From the NCBI GenBank assembly GCA_965249485.1, contig OZ252239.1, positions 2,624,001 through 2,688,000 of the forward strand: a stretch of 64,000 nt of DNA. Reading direction: 5' to 3'. The position numbers were made by a program, and so were the translations under genes. Position 1 is the first letter of the stretch, and every line of letters begins with the position of its first letter. This DNA comes from a bacterium. GTDB taxonomy: Bacteria > SM23-31. The notes under the pieces are model-generated. The model was not told where the DNA came from. It was given only the letters and a program-made list of their open reading frames with translations, and ran no database searches. This document shows positions 8,980 through 19,552 of the stretch, one piece after another.

Positions 8980-10398
8980 ATGAAATTATCAAAATTGTTT
9001 TCTCTCATTTTACTTATAAAATTGTTATTGATCCCAATGAACGCCCAGGGAGCGGATGATCTTATAACAATTCTTACTAATTGTAATGTGATCGATTGCA
9101 CCGGAAATCCTGTACAGGAAAATATGACCGTCATTATTACCGGAAATACAATTACCTCGATCAGTACCGGCGGATACTCACTTTCCCCTCAGGCGAAAAA
9201 TACTAACGTTATCGATTTGGATGGTGCGTATGTTCTTCCCGGCTTTTGGAACATGCACACACATTTGACTGATCTCATGCCCCCAAACAGTGCGCTGAAT
9301 GACGAAGGAATAGCATCAAAAGTTATCCGTGCCGGGTTGAACGCACAGGACGGTCTGCGGCATGGATTCACTTCTCTACGTTCTGCAGGTGAAGATGAAT
9401 ACATAGATGTGACCTGGAGAGGAATATTTGATCAGGGTTTTTACCTGGGACCTCGAATTTTTGCCAGCGGACCTGCGGTTTCCCCTACCGCCGGACACAG
9501 AGGCAGTGTAACCAATGGGGCTGATGGAGTTGGTGAAGTGAGAAAAGCGGTACGTGAACGAATCCTGAACGGTGCCAATGCGATAAAAATAATGAGTCTG
9601 GAAATGCACCCTGATGAACTCGAGGCTGCTGTAGAGACCGCTCACAGCTTTGGAATTCATGTACTTGCGCATTCCCGCGAACCCGGAACCTACAAAGCTG
9701 TTGCGGCAGGTGTTGATTGTATTGAACATGGGTATAAATTGACGGATGAGACAATTGCTCTCATGGTTGAAAAAGGGACATTTTACGATCCGACCATCAA
9801 CTGCAATTTGAGCGAACAATATATTAAAGAGATGCAGATGAGGTTGGAAAAGTTGGGTTATTCCGACGATGAGCTTGTCGTAAAAGTCCGCAATGCTGCG
9901 ACCTACGCGGACGAAAGAACTCCCGAACACGCCATGCATCAGCGGCAGGCTCTCAAAAAGGCGGCCGATGCCGGTGTGAAGCTTTTGATAGGAGCAGATT
10001 CTACGCCTATTGGCGAGATCAGCACTCTGGAAATGGAGGAATATGTTGCTGCAGGTGTCAGCGAGATGCAAACTCTTATAGCTGCTACCCGTAACGGCGC
10101 AGAAATGTTAGGCGTTCTGGACAAACTTGGAACGGTCGAAGAAGGTAAACTGGCAGATCTCGTGATTCTTGCAGATAATCCTTTAGACAATATTTCCAAC
10201 ATCAGGAAAATAAAAATGGTCTTCAAAGACGGTGTTTCAGTGGATTTGGAACATCCTCTTGGGACGATTCCATATCTGCAATACTATGAAACATCGGGAT
10301 TTCAAAAAATTGAGCATATTGACTCTTATTTTAAGTCAGGTGCTCTTGAGAATCCTACAGGTCATAGAAAAACTTTGGCAGAAGGACGTAAAAAATAA
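8980..10398 (+). CDS. Secreted metal-dependent amidohydrolase
   Basis: LPGFWNMHTH, LAHS, IEHG, IGAD and GTVEEGKLADLV motifs. Signal peptide. Confidence 0.88.
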   Translation: MKLSKLFSLILLIKLLLIPMNAQGADDLITILTNCNVIDCTGNPVQENMTVIITGNTITSISTGGYSLSPQAKNTNVIDLDGAYVLPGFWNMHTHLTDLMPPNSALNDEGIASKVIRAGLNAQDGLRHGFTSLRSAGEDEYIDVTWRGIFDQGFYLGPRIFASGPAVSPTAGHRGSVTNGADGVGEVRKAVRERILNGANAIKIMSLEMHPDELEAAVETAHSFGIHVLAHSREPGTYKAVAAGVDCIEHGYKLTDETIALMVEKGTFYDPTINCNLSEQYIKEMQMRLEKLGYSDDELVVKVRNAATYADERTPEHAMHQRQALKKAADAGVKLLIGADSTPIGEISTLEMEEYVAAGVSEMQTLIAATRNGAEMLGVLDKLGTVEEGKLADLVILADNPLDNISNIRKIKMVFKDGVSVDLEHPLGTIPYLQYYETSGFQKIEHIDSYFKSGALENPTGHRKTLAEGRKK

Positions 10399-10667
10399 TT
10401 CCCGGTAATCAAGAATGTATGTGAGTACGTTAACCACAACGGTAGTTGATAACCTATTGTATCCAGTGTATGTACAACTCAATCTATCAAAAAATAGATA
10501 ATTCTTGCAAATGATGATCGATTATCTTAATCTTTAACTATAATTGTTATTCATTTCCTTCGATATACACCATTTATTAAAAATACCCAATATTCTCAAT
10601 GATTTCTTTCGTGAAAGCGTATTCGAATATGTCGCCTTTATCAAAATACTTTAAAGGAGATTATTAA

Positions 10668-12302
10668 ATGTTCAAATGCAACAAAATTGCCGTCGCTCTT
10701 ATCTTTCTCTTCAATCAAACTCTTTTTTACTGCACTGCAGAAACAGGTAGACCTAATACAGCAGCAAGTGGCTCCTACACAGAACTTTTAAGTTTGTTTA
10801 ATGAATTTCGTGAGTTTCAACAGCTGAATAGTGAAAATGATGTCCCCGATTACACCTCAGCAACTATGGAAAATCAGTACAGTGATCTGAAATCATTTCA
10901 AAGCCGCTTGGTTGCAATTGACCCCGGCAATTGGTCGGTCTCGGATCAAATCGATTATCACCTGGTCCGTGCTGAGATGAATGGGCTTGAATTTCAGCAT
11001 CGGGTACTCCGCCCATGGTCGCGCGATCCCAGCTTCTATCTGCAACAAGCACCCAGGATACCACAGAACCTGAAATTTCCTCTCCAGGGGGATGAACTTA
11101 CCGAATTTAAGGCAAGACTTCTTGCTATTCCGGAATTTTATAATCAAGCAAAGATGAATATGAAAGATTTGGCAATGGTAGCCGGAGATTTGGCAATATT
11201 TACCATTCACGATATGGAGGAAAGTGATTCTCCCTTTCCTGATTTGGTGGACCGGCTGACTGAGTTTCATCCAGATCTGGTTATCGATGCACAAAACGCA
11301 CAGAGTGCAATTGACGACTACCTGACTTGGCTTAAAAATAATCAGGGAAAAATGACTACATCAGCAGGTGTTGGGATTGAAAACTACAACTGGATGATGA
11401 AAAACATTTATCTTTTTCCCTATACCTGGAATGAAATTCGATCAATCGTGGAGCTCGAAGATAATCGCGTTATCACGTTTCAAAAACTCGAAGAAAATAG
11501 AAATCGCAACCTCCCTCCGCTTACACCTGTAGCATCCGCAGAAGAACGTCGCCGCAGTGTTCTCAATTCCATCGAGCGTGTTATGAATTTCATCAGAGAT
11601 GAGAAGATTTTTACGGTTCAGGATTATATTGTTGTAGATAACTATCTACAAGGCAGAATGCGATCCACGGGTAGACCGTGGCCAGAAAAGCATGACTACT
11701 TCCGCAATTTTTCACACCGCGAATCACTCATGGAAGAAACGCATGAGATGGTAGGACACAACTTTGATGTATTACGGCAGCAGAATGACGGCAGGCCGAT
11801 CCGGGGAGCACGTGAACATGAAGGTCCATACGATATCGCTGCTGCCCGCTTAGAGGGATTGGCTTTCGCTTTTGAAGAACTTCTGATGCACGCAGGATAT
11901 CTTGATGAGCGCCCGAGGAGAGCACGAGAAGTTGCCTATGAACAGGCGGCCTTTCGCACGATACGTGCCACCGCAGACGTGTATATGCATAGCGGAGAAT
12001 GGAGCCTGACGGAAGCAATGGAGTACGCTGTCGCTAATGCACCACATGGTGAATTACTTGACGATAGCCCTCATTTATGGAATGAAATGAAAACTACCCT
12101 GCGCCATGTTGGCTGGCACGCTCAAATGGTTGTTGGTAAAGTTCATTTCATGAAGTTATTCAGGGACAGAGCACAACAGCTGGGCAACGATTTTATCCTG
12201 CGTGAATTTATGGATGAGTTCTATGCTGCTGGTGTGATTCCCGTGTCACTAATCCGATGGGAAATGACCGGGTATGACGACGAAATTAATAAGTTATGGT
12301 AA
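10668..12302 (+). CDS. DUF885 family exported protein / lipoprotein
   Basis: HEMVGH, EGLAF..EE and FILREFMDEFYAAG..PVSL motifs. N-terminal signal with Cys. Confidence 0.7.
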   Translation: MFKCNKIAVALIFLFNQTLFYCTAETGRPNTAASGSYTELLSLFNEFREFQQLNSENDVPDYTSATMENQYSDLKSFQSRLVAIDPGNWSVSDQIDYHLVRAEMNGLEFQHRVLRPWSRDPSFYLQQAPRIPQNLKFPLQGDELTEFKARLLAIPEFYNQAKMNMKDLAMVAGDLAIFTIHDMEESDSPFPDLVDRLTEFHPDLVIDAQNAQSAIDDYLTWLKNNQGKMTTSAGVGIENYNWMMKNIYLFPYTWNEIRSIVELEDNRVITFQKLEENRNRNLPPLTPVASAEERRRSVLNSIERVMNFIRDEKIFTVQDYIVVDNYLQGRMRSTGRPWPEKHDYFRNFSHRESLMEETHEMVGHNFDVLRQQNDGRPIRGAREHEGPYDIAAARLEGLAFAFEELLMHAGYLDERPRRAREVAYEQAAFRTIRATADVYMHSGEWSLTEAMEYAVANAPHGELLDDSPHLWNEMKTTLRHVGWHAQMVVGKVHFMKLFRDRAQQLGNDFILREFMDEFYAAGVIPVSLIRWEMTGYDDEINKLW

Positions 12303-12348
12303 AAATGTATAAAAAAATTATTGAACAATTCTCAAAAGGAGGTAAAAA

Positions 12349-13575
12349 ATGATATTTCGAGTCACGATTTTTTTGATATCTATGTTCTTCACAGTACCAC
12401 TTGCTAATGCACAAGGTGTTACGTTACCCGATATTGACATCTCTGGTTCCCCCAATGGAATTGTACTGTTGCCCGAGAATACACCATCCATATTTACCGA
12501 TGTGTTTGTTAAATACACGAAAATTATCGCTCCCAACGGTAAACCGATTCATTTTCTTATTCAGGATGCCTGGTCGGATGATAAGATTCTAAAGGCCAGG
12601 AATATCATGGAACACTTTCTTGCTGATTATCCCTACTCAAAATATGGCAATAGTAAAGCTGCTGTTGCAAATGCCATGTCAGACAGAAAATCGACCATGA
12701 CTCTGTTTAACTCCTCCTCCGCTGCCCGTGACGGTTCGTTCTTGAGGAGTGCAACCGATCTTGCAACACAAAGTCTATGGGAAAATGAGACAACAGCCGA
12801 AGGCAGTGGAGATTACATGAACCAAATCACTCGAGATGCAGCGTATGAAGAAGTTCTACATATAGTGCAGCGCAGAGGTATTATGAATGCCATGCCAAAA
12901 TACCAGGAGAAGATCGCAGCAGCACATGCAGCTTATGCAGCAGCGGGAAAATATACTCCTGATGCATCTCATAATGTTCCGAATGAATATTTTGCTCAAC
13001 AGCATGATGTATACCTCGATCTTTGGGTAGTACAACCGAAAAAATGGGAAGGCAGAGATCTTCAGCCCGGAGAAATGGTTGAAGGTACTGCTCATGGAAG
13101 ACAAAATGTTGCAAATACTCGTGCCCGCCTATTGGAAGCAGACCCGACTGCATATGACCTTGTATCGAATTTCTTTCATCCCTATCTGACCTATACGCCA
13201 CTCTTACCAATAGATTTTACAGGCACCTTCTCTATTGAACTTGATCCTCGACTAATTTATACATATAAATCACAGCACCTCAAAAGTGTAACATTGCGAG
13301 GTAGTATTGATGCGAATCTTACAGGGAATACCTATGACAATGTTTTGACAGGCAACACTGGAAATAATATGCTGAAAGGTGGCAAAGGGGACGACCAACT
13401 CTTTGGTGGCGCAGGAAATGATACAGCAATATTTTCGGGTACTGATGAGGATTATACAATTACAATAAATGATGGACATATTTCAGTCTGCGATAAACGT
13501 GTAAACCAGGATGGTAGTGACAACCTAATCAATATTGAATTTCTGCAATTCAGCAATAAGAATGTTAAATTATAG
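12349..13575 (+). CDS. Secreted protein with C-terminal RTX-type Ca-binding repeats
   Basis: Signal peptide. GGKGDDQL and GGAGNDTA nonapeptides. C-terminal D.LINIEFLQF. Confidence 0.7.
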   Translation: MIFRVTIFLISMFFTVPLANAQGVTLPDIDISGSPNGIVLLPENTPSIFTDVFVKYTKIIAPNGKPIHFLIQDAWSDDKILKARNIMEHFLADYPYSKYGNSKAAVANAMSDRKSTMTLFNSSSAARDGSFLRSATDLATQSLWENETTAEGSGDYMNQITRDAAYEEVLHIVQRRGIMNAMPKYQEKIAAAHAAYAAAGKYTPDASHNVPNEYFAQQHDVYLDLWVVQPKKWEGRDLQPGEMVEGTAHGRQNVANTRARLLEADPTAYDLVSNFFHPYLTYTPLLPIDFTGTFSIELDPRLIYTYKSQHLKSVTLRGSIDANLTGNTYDNVLTGNTGNNMLKGGKGDDQLFGGAGNDTAIFSGTDEDYTITINDGHISVCDKRVNQDGSDNLINIEFLQFSNKNVKL

Positions 13576-13672
13576 ACTTTAATAAACGGCTTATGTGATT
13601 TTCGCTATATTTTTAAATCTAATAATATGAGATTTTCTAAATAACATTATTAAATAAAGGTATGAGAATACG

Positions 13673-14266
13673 ATGGAAAGACTTTCGTCCTCACAGGGAT
13701 TAGTGATAAGTCAAAAAAAGGAATGGGGAGAAATACTAACTAGTTTTGAGACAAAAAATAAATATGCTGTTCTGGATACTTTGGGCAATGAATTATACTA
13801 TGCTGTAGAAGAAGGTGGTTCAATCATTGCCCGCTGGCTTTTAAAATCTCTCCGTCCATTTGAAATCATGGTCCGTACATTCGATAACGTGGATGTATTG
13901 CGGGTGGCAAGGCCGTTTCGGTTTTACTTTCACGAATTAGAAGTGTTTGATGCAAATAATATACAAATTGGTAAAATAGTACGGCAGTTTTCTTTATTGC
14001 GGCGAATTTATACTGTTTTTGATAATTTAGGGCAAGAATCGTATCTGCTTTTTGGGCCAATCCTACATCCATGGACATTTGAAATAAAAAAAGGTGACAC
14101 TGAGATCGGGAAAATCACAAAAAAGTGGAGTGGTGTGTTGAAAGAAGGATTTACTGATGCAGACAATTTCGGAATTACTTTTCCTGTTGATGCAGACTCA
14201 AAGGCGAAGACACTCTTGCTTGGAGCCGTTTTTCTGATTGATTTTGTGCATTTCGAGAAAAAATAA
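13673..14266 (+). CDS. Phospholipid scramblase / LURP-one-like protein
   Basis: GKITKKWSG..KEGFTDADNF and LLLGAVFLIDF motifs. Confidence 0.85.
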   Translation: MERLSSSQGLVISQKKEWGEILTSFETKNKYAVLDTLGNELYYAVEEGGSIIARWLLKSLRPFEIMVRTFDNVDVLRVARPFRFYFHELEVFDANNIQIGKIVRQFSLLRRIYTVFDNLGQESYLLFGPILHPWTFEIKKGDTEIGKITKKWSGVLKEGFTDADNFGITFPVDADSKAKTLLLGAVFLIDFVHFEKK

Positions 14267-14370
14267 AATAGGAATAAAAATATAGATATTTTGAAGATTA
14301 GAAAGATTTTTTAGAATTATTTATTTGTTACTTTATCAATGGATTCACAGTATTCTCAATCCACCTTTAG

Positions 14371-14443
14371 TGGAGCTGAACGGGATCGAACCGTCGACCT
14401 CTTGACTGCCAGTCAAGCGCTCTCCCATCTGAGCTACAGCCCC
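14371..14443 (-). tRNA. tRNA-Ala(GGC)
   Basis: Minus strand GGGGCTGTAGCTCAG...CTGGCAG...GGTTCGATCCC...CAGCTCCA cloverleaf. CCA is not encoded. Confidence 0.97.
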
Positions 14444-14509
14444 GGAAGTATTAAATATACAATTTAATTCATTTAATTTCAAGCGCGAAATAATGAACTT
14501 TTAAACAGA

Positions 14510-16399
14510 TTAATTGCGGAAATCCCACGTCAATCCAAGTCGAACCCGCTTATTAGGAATTGCATATCCCCATGCATACTGATAATTGCTCCTGCTAAGC
14601 AGATCGATTTCATAAAAAAACGTCAATGTTTGAAAGCGCGCAATCCCTCGTCCTTTTAATCCAAAAACAGATGGAGTTTTCAAATTTGTATGTGCATATT
14701 GTTGCAATAGTGGTAAAAAAGTCAATTGGCTCCTATTGCTTATAAAAAAAGCTGTAATATTTATTTTTGTATCAATCATTTTAGAGGTAACGAAATCTTC
14801 AAGGTTATTAAAACTTAATTTTACAAATGCTGAGTGTTCGGGAGCAAATATTTCAGATTGATTTCCGCCCTGATAGGTGTAATGTGCTTTTAAAGATCTA
14901 TACGGATTCATATTGTTTGTATATTCTATCGCAAACCCATGATTACGCACTGATGCGCCAGTATTTACTGATACATCAGTAAGAATACTGTCACCTAAAG
15001 CGTTCGTATCTAAAAACAGTGAAATTGATTTATTTGTGTCATAATAAAATGGTTTAATTTGAATTGTACTATTCTTAAAGTATTTCTTTAGGTTTAACTC
15101 ATAACGGTTTGTTATATAATGTGTATCCTCCAATCCTAAGGCGGATTTTTCGGTCAATAAATATTTTTCAGCAGCAGTTTGAAATCGACCAGTTCTTGAA
15201 TAACTGAAGTCTGCTTCAAGATTTGAATCACTCTTATATAATAATTGAAATCTGCCAAATATCGGCAGATCATTCTGATTTCGTTTGAAACCTATGGATG
15301 GATTAATGATATAAGAATAATTGCTATTTAAAATACCTTCAATCTCCAAAAATGCGTTGCCAGCAAATTTTCTGTTGAGATTGTTCCAATATGTACTGAA
15401 AACTCGTGTTGAATGAGCATTTAATCTGAATCGCATAGAATAATTTTGACTTTTTGCTAGAGATGCATCATATATCAGCCCCGACTTCATATCTCTATTC
15501 ATAAAATCATCATTATAAATTAGTGATCCACGCGCATTGTCTTTAATATCCCAATAGTACAAAAGTAATTTGTTTTTCATGCGTGTCTTCTTTTCAGATA
15601 GCTCTAAAGTAGTCATTTTGACATTGTGACTATGTGGCATTCTTTTTAAAGCACTCAATGAATCATTCGGAAACACAATAACTTCACGGGCGTTTCGGTC
15701 TGAAGACAAAAAGGTGACTGACACATCAAATTGGTTAAACGGCCGGCTTAAATTTAACCATATGTTCGATCCTCTATAGCGATTATCTAATTTCTGGTCG
15801 GGAAAACGTTCTGTTCCACCGGTACCAATGAGAGAAATTCCTTTAAATATTTTTCTCGCAAGGGTGATATCAACATGCCGCCAGGCAAAATCACCTACTC
15901 TATAATTGACCTGTGAAAAAGGTATATCAGGAGCGTTAGTTTTTGTATTGAGATATACTGGTTTGAATTTATTCGAATTATAGGTGGAGGAGTCCTGCTC
16001 AAATTCAGTTCTTTCAATAGCATAAAAGGGAATATCATGCCAATTCCATGTACCGTATGATTCTGTTTCAAGAGGAATTCCATTCAAAAAAGGAATAACG
16101 GATTCTTTGGAAATTCCCAAATATCCCAAGCTGGAGAACTGCCCCAAACTACCCAAATCGAAAAGGTTAAAACCTGGCACTTGATTAAAAGGATCAGCAA
16201 TTTCCTCTGCGTTAAGGGCAATAATGTCTGAATCTGAAAGAAAATATGAATACTCATTTGTGTGTTCAATTGAATCAATATAAACGATAGTACTATCTTC
16301 AAGCGTTAAATTAGGATTTTCTTGGGCAAGAGCGAGGGAAGAAAAGGGAGATACAAATAAAAAAGTAATGTTTGAAATGAGTGTCAGGAATCGATTCAT
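14510..16399 (-). CDS. Outer-membrane beta-barrel with plug-like N-terminus (TonB-dependent receptor / putative porin-like)
   Basis: Signal peptide. QVPGF...LNGIPL plug-like segment. C-terminal LGLTWDF beta-signal. Start taken at MNRF. Confidence 0.6.
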   Translation of the reverse strand: MNRFLTLISNITFLFVSPFSSLALAQENPNLTLEDSTIVYIDSIEHTNEYSYFLSDSDIIALNAEEIADPFNQVPGFNLFDLGSLGQFSSLGYLGISKESVIPFLNGIPLETESYGTWNWHDIPFYAIERTEFEQDSSTYNSNKFKPVYLNTKTNAPDIPFSQVNYRVGDFAWRHVDITLARKIFKGISLIGTGGTERFPDQKLDNRYRGSNIWLNLSRPFNQFDVSVTFLSSDRNAREVIVFPNDSLSALKRMPHSHNVKMTTLELSEKKTRMKNKLLLYYWDIKDNARGSLIYNDDFMNRDMKSGLIYDASLAKSQNYSMRFRLNAHSTRVFSTYWNNLNRKFAGNAFLEIEGILNSNYSYIINPSIGFKRNQNDLPIFGRFQLLYKSDSNLEADFSYSRTGRFQTAAEKYLLTEKSALGLEDTHYITNRYELNLKKYFKNSTIQIKPFYYDTNKSISLFLDTNALGDSILTDVSVNTGASVRNHGFAIEYTNNMNPYRSLKAHYTYQGGNQSEIFAPEHSAFVKLSFNNLEDFVTSKMIDTKINITAFFISNRSQLTFLPLLQQYAHTNLKTPSVFGLKGRGIARFQTLTFFYEIDLLSRSNYQYAWGYAIPNKRVRLGLTWDFRN

Positions 16400-16460
16400 A
16401 CCTATTTCGGCTAAGAACATACAGTCAGTATACAGCAATTATGCTAAAGTATAACAAAAA

Positions 16461-17258
16461 TTAACGTAAAAAGCTATTTCTGTATTCGATCCTGATTTCA
16501 CGTCCGAAGTTTTTATTGTTCTTTGTGTTCTCAAATAAGTTTTTGAAATAAAAGCTTAAATTAAAATTTGGGGACACAAAAAAACGGTAACCAATATTAA
16601 AATACCCTTTATTTGATCCGATTGAGAGATCTTCATTATCATTAAGTCCGAGATCGTACTCGAGAAGAACTTCTCCAACCGTTTTTGTTGCAATATTAGC
16701 AGCTGCAAACAAATTCAGATCTTTATCATCATCATCTCGTTCAAAGCTTATGTTTGCACCCACATGTACTCCAAAGTTGCCGAGCGGCCCAATATAATTT
16801 CTGCTTCCGACAATATACAAACCGCGTGATTTAATTGAGTATCTGTCTGTCTGGTCGAAATAACCGCCATAACCCTGGGTGGAAACTCCAACTGCTATCC
16901 CGGGAAGTAGTAGATTTTCATCTATTATTCGCAGACGGACATCAACCCCAATTTGAGGATTCCAGTTCACACTGCCTTCTCCGATGAGATTTTCCCCACC
17001 ATAGTAAATAACAGCTAAAAACCGCTCAAACAATCCGACTGAAAAATCTGACAGGACACCCCCGTTGGGATAAACTCTTAACCCTAATCCAAAATCACCA
17101 TGGCTCATAGTTCCGGCAACAGGAAGGTCTATAACTTCTCTCGGAAGTACTGCTCGCTCCTCCGATTCACCTTCTTGGGCATAGGCAGCATTCATTAAGA
17201 TTAGCGTAATAAGTGCAATTTTCAATGACAGTCCAAATGGGATCGTGAATTTGCGCAT
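16461..17258 (-). CDS. YjbH-like outer-membrane beta-barrel protein
   Basis: Signal peptide. IDLPVAG, PGIAVG and GYFNIGYRF amphipathic strands. Confidence 0.6.
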   Translation of the reverse strand: MRKFTIPFGLSLKIALITLILMNAAYAQEGESEERAVLPREVIDLPVAGTMSHGDFGLGLRVYPNGGVLSDFSVGLFERFLAVIYYGGENLIGEGSVNWNPQIGVDVRLRIIDENLLLPGIAVGVSTQGYGGYFDQTDRYSIKSRGLYIVGSRNYIGPLGNFGVHVGANISFERDDDDKDLNLFAAANIATKTVGEVLLEYDLGLNDNEDLSIGSNKGYFNIGYRFFVSPNFNLSFYFKNLFENTKNNKNFGREIRIEYRNSFLR

Positions 17259-17259
17259 A

Positions 17260-18390
17260 TTATAAACTCGCAAGTGCTTTTTCAATGACGTATTGAGTTA
17301 AACTTTTATCGAGATTTGTGAGGTGATTTACAAATCTATCTTTCAAGTATTTAGTCAGTCCCTCTGACAAGCCAAAGCGGTCATTTAATATACTCATGAG
17401 AAACCAGATTAACTCCTGAACATTTGAAAAATTCAATTGATTGTTAGCAGTTTTTAACCACTGCTGAAGAAATGCATCCCCTTCTTTATTTGCAACTGAT
17501 TTCTGATATTCAGCAACATTGAGGACACTTCCTTTTTTTTGCATTTCTTTCAAGCAGGAAATTTGAACATCGGTAATTCTATTTCCTGTCAATAACGTCT
17601 TCACTGTAATATTCGATTTACCCCGAGCGCCTGAATATACAATAGTCCTCATATCATTCTCATTAGGTGTATTGTCTACAAGCACAAATTTGAATTTTGG
17701 ACATTCAACCCTAATAAAACGCTGTTTCCGATAGCGGGCTTTCCTTACTAATGATTTTTGCATTTGTTGCCGCAGCCGCTTTTTTACAGGGGAGTCGGGA
17801 TCGTCAAAACCAACGCCACCTGGTTTTCTTCCACCACGCAAATATTTGCTTTTAGACTTTTCGATGTCGAGAACAGCTTTATTCAATATTTTTTTAATTG
17901 CATCTTTGTCAAAATCATATTCTTCTCTGCTCAATACACTTAAAACACGCCTAAGTTCGGTAGTACCATCCTTGACAAGACTTGTGATGCGTCTCGTAAT
18001 AGGATCCTTCATAAGTTTGTTATATACTTCCGTGGTATACTCGTTTATCTGAGGCAGTTCATTTGCTTGAGGAGTGAATTTTTCAATAAGTTTCTGGAGG
18101 ATTTTCTTTTTTGAACGCATCCGGTATTGCTTTATAAGTTTTTCTACTTCTTTTTGGATACGTCCTTTGGAGATAGAGATATTTTTCTGACGTTTTTGGC
18201 CAAATATTTCGAGAACGGTATCTTCATATTCCTGATGATTTATTGCATTGCTGAAATTATTTAATATCTCGTTGACAAGGTTTTTTTTGAAAAAATCGGA
18301 GATTTCGAATTTATCCCTTCCCTGCTCCTTTTCTTTAAGAAGATATTTTATCGATTGCCGAATTTCGATAAATATTTGCTCTTTATCCAT
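17260..18390 (-). CDS. Hypothetical Lys-rich soluble protein (about 376 aa)
   Basis: Long open frame abutting the next gene. No recognisable motif. Confidence 0.7.
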   Translation of the reverse strand: MDKEQIFIEIRQSIKYLLKEKEQGRDKFEISDFFKKNLVNEILNNFSNAINHQEYEDTVLEIFGQKRQKNISISKGRIQKEVEKLIKQYRMRSKKKILQKLIEKFTPQANELPQINEYTTEVYNKLMKDPITRRITSLVKDGTTELRRVLSVLSREEYDFDKDAIKKILNKAVLDIEKSKSKYLRGGRKPGGVGFDDPDSPVKKRLRQQMQKSLVRKARYRKQRFIRVECPKFKFVLVDNTPNENDMRTIVYSGARGKSNITVKTLLTGNRITDVQISCLKEMQKKGSVLNVAEYQKSVANKEGDAFLQQWLKTANNQLNFSNVQELIWFLMSILNDRFGLSEGLTKYLKDRFVNHLTNLDKSLTQYVIEKALASL

Positions 18391-18454
18391 TGTCAAAAAT
18401 GTGATCAATCTAATATGTTTGAAATATAGGAAAGTATTTTTCTATTAACGTAGA

Positions 18455-18483
18455 AAAATATTAAATCTTTTAAAGTTTGTCAA
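18455..18483 (-). promoter_or_regulatory. sigma70 promoter for the hypothetical-yjbH-barrel operon
   Basis: Minus strand TTGACA-N17-TATTTT. Confidence 0.6.
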
Positions 18484-18509
18484 GGATTCTCTTGAATGAA
18501 ATTGAAGTC

Positions 18510-18525
18510 TGTGATGATCATCACA
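18510..18525. promoter_or_regulatory. CRP-type binding site
   Basis: Perfect palindrome TGTGA-TGATCA-TCACA. Confidence 0.6.
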
Positions 18526-18536
18526 ATTATTGGTAA

Positions 18537-18572
18537 TAAAAAAAGGCAGCTATGTTACTGTAGCTGCCTTTT
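18537..18572. terminator. Intrinsic terminator after flagellin (bidirectional form)
   Basis: AAAAGGCAGCTA-TGTTACTG-TAGCTGCCTTTT. Confidence 0.85.
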
Positions 18573-18598
18573 AATTGAATACACTTATGAATATAGCA

Positions 18599-19444
18599 TT
18601 ATGTGAATAATGCAAGTACATTGTGCGGCGTAATATTTGACTGCGCTAACTGTGCAGTTGATGTTTGCTGCAGAATGAGGAATCGGGTTGCATTTAATTG
18701 TTCCTGCGCTATATCTGCATCAAGTATCCTGCTTTTTGTTGCCTCTGTATTAGTAATTGCAATACTTAATGACGATTCTTTTGAAGACAATCGTGTTGTA
18801 AACGCACCGACTTTCTGCAAAGCCGTATTGACTGTGTCTAATGCAGCATCAACTTTTGTCAGAGCACCCTGCGCACTCGCGGCTGATAAAATTTCAAGAG
18901 AAACATCGGAGGCTTCAATGCTTAATTGAGCAGACGAAATATTGATGCTTGTCAAATCTGCAGCAAATATATTTCCCGGTTGTTCACCCGACTGTATTGT
19001 TGCTACAAATGTACCTTGAATTAAAAAATTGTCATTAAAGGTTGTTTCGTTAGCGATACTATCAATTTCAGCGATTAGTTCTACAATCTCTGTTTGTATA
19101 GCAGTTCTCTCATCAACTCCAAGAGAATCACTGGCAGCTTGTGTCACTTTTTCTTTAATTGTAATTAATATATCACCAATATTGAGCAGACCTCCCTCTG
19201 CAATGGAGAGTACATTCTTTGCAGTACCAACATTGTCTAATGCAACAGATAAGCCACGTGAACGCGCCTCAAGACGTCTGGATATAGTAAATCCTGCCGG
19301 ATCATCACCTACCTCGTTGATACGCCTTCCGGTTGCAAGCCGCAACTGACTTATTTCAAGACTTCTATTGACTGACTTAAGGGCATTTAGTGCATTAAAT
19401 GCCGCAATATTGGTATTTATACGGGTGGAGTCGCCTATTGCCAT
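18599..19444 (-). CDS. fliC: Flagellin (minimal, 281 aa)
   Basis: RINTNIAAFNA, RLATGRRIN, DDPAG, IAEGGL and SRILDADIA motifs. AAGGAGG RBS. Confidence 0.95.
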   Translation of the reverse strand: MAIGDSTRINTNIAAFNALNALKSVNRSLEISQLRLATGRRINEVGDDPAGFTISRRLEARSRGLSVALDNVGTAKNVLSIAEGGLLNIGDILITIKEKVTQAASDSLGVDERTAIQTEIVELIAEIDSIANETTFNDNFLIQGTFVATIQSGEQPGNIFAADLTSINISSAQLSIEASDVSLEILSAASAQGALTKVDAALDTVNTALQKVGAFTTRLSSKESSLSIAITNTEATKSRILDADIAQEQLNATRFLILQQTSTAQLAQSNITPHNVLALFT

Positions 19445-19552
19445 ATGAGACCTCCTTGTATGGAAAACAGTTTACTTTTATGCCATAATATTCCGAAAAA
19501 AAACGGGAATTTGATTGAAAATGTACAATTACGTATACGTTCCTAATTCAAG

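Noticed and set aside
9376..10071. 231-aa antisense ORF, and similar shadows such as 58036..58668, 52774..53199 and 49120..49518
   Set aside because: They lie wholly opposite well-supported genes and have no motifs.
14371..14443. Integrative element at tRNA-Ala or tRNA-Arg
   Set aside because: No integrase, transposase or duplicated tRNA 3' end was found by eye.
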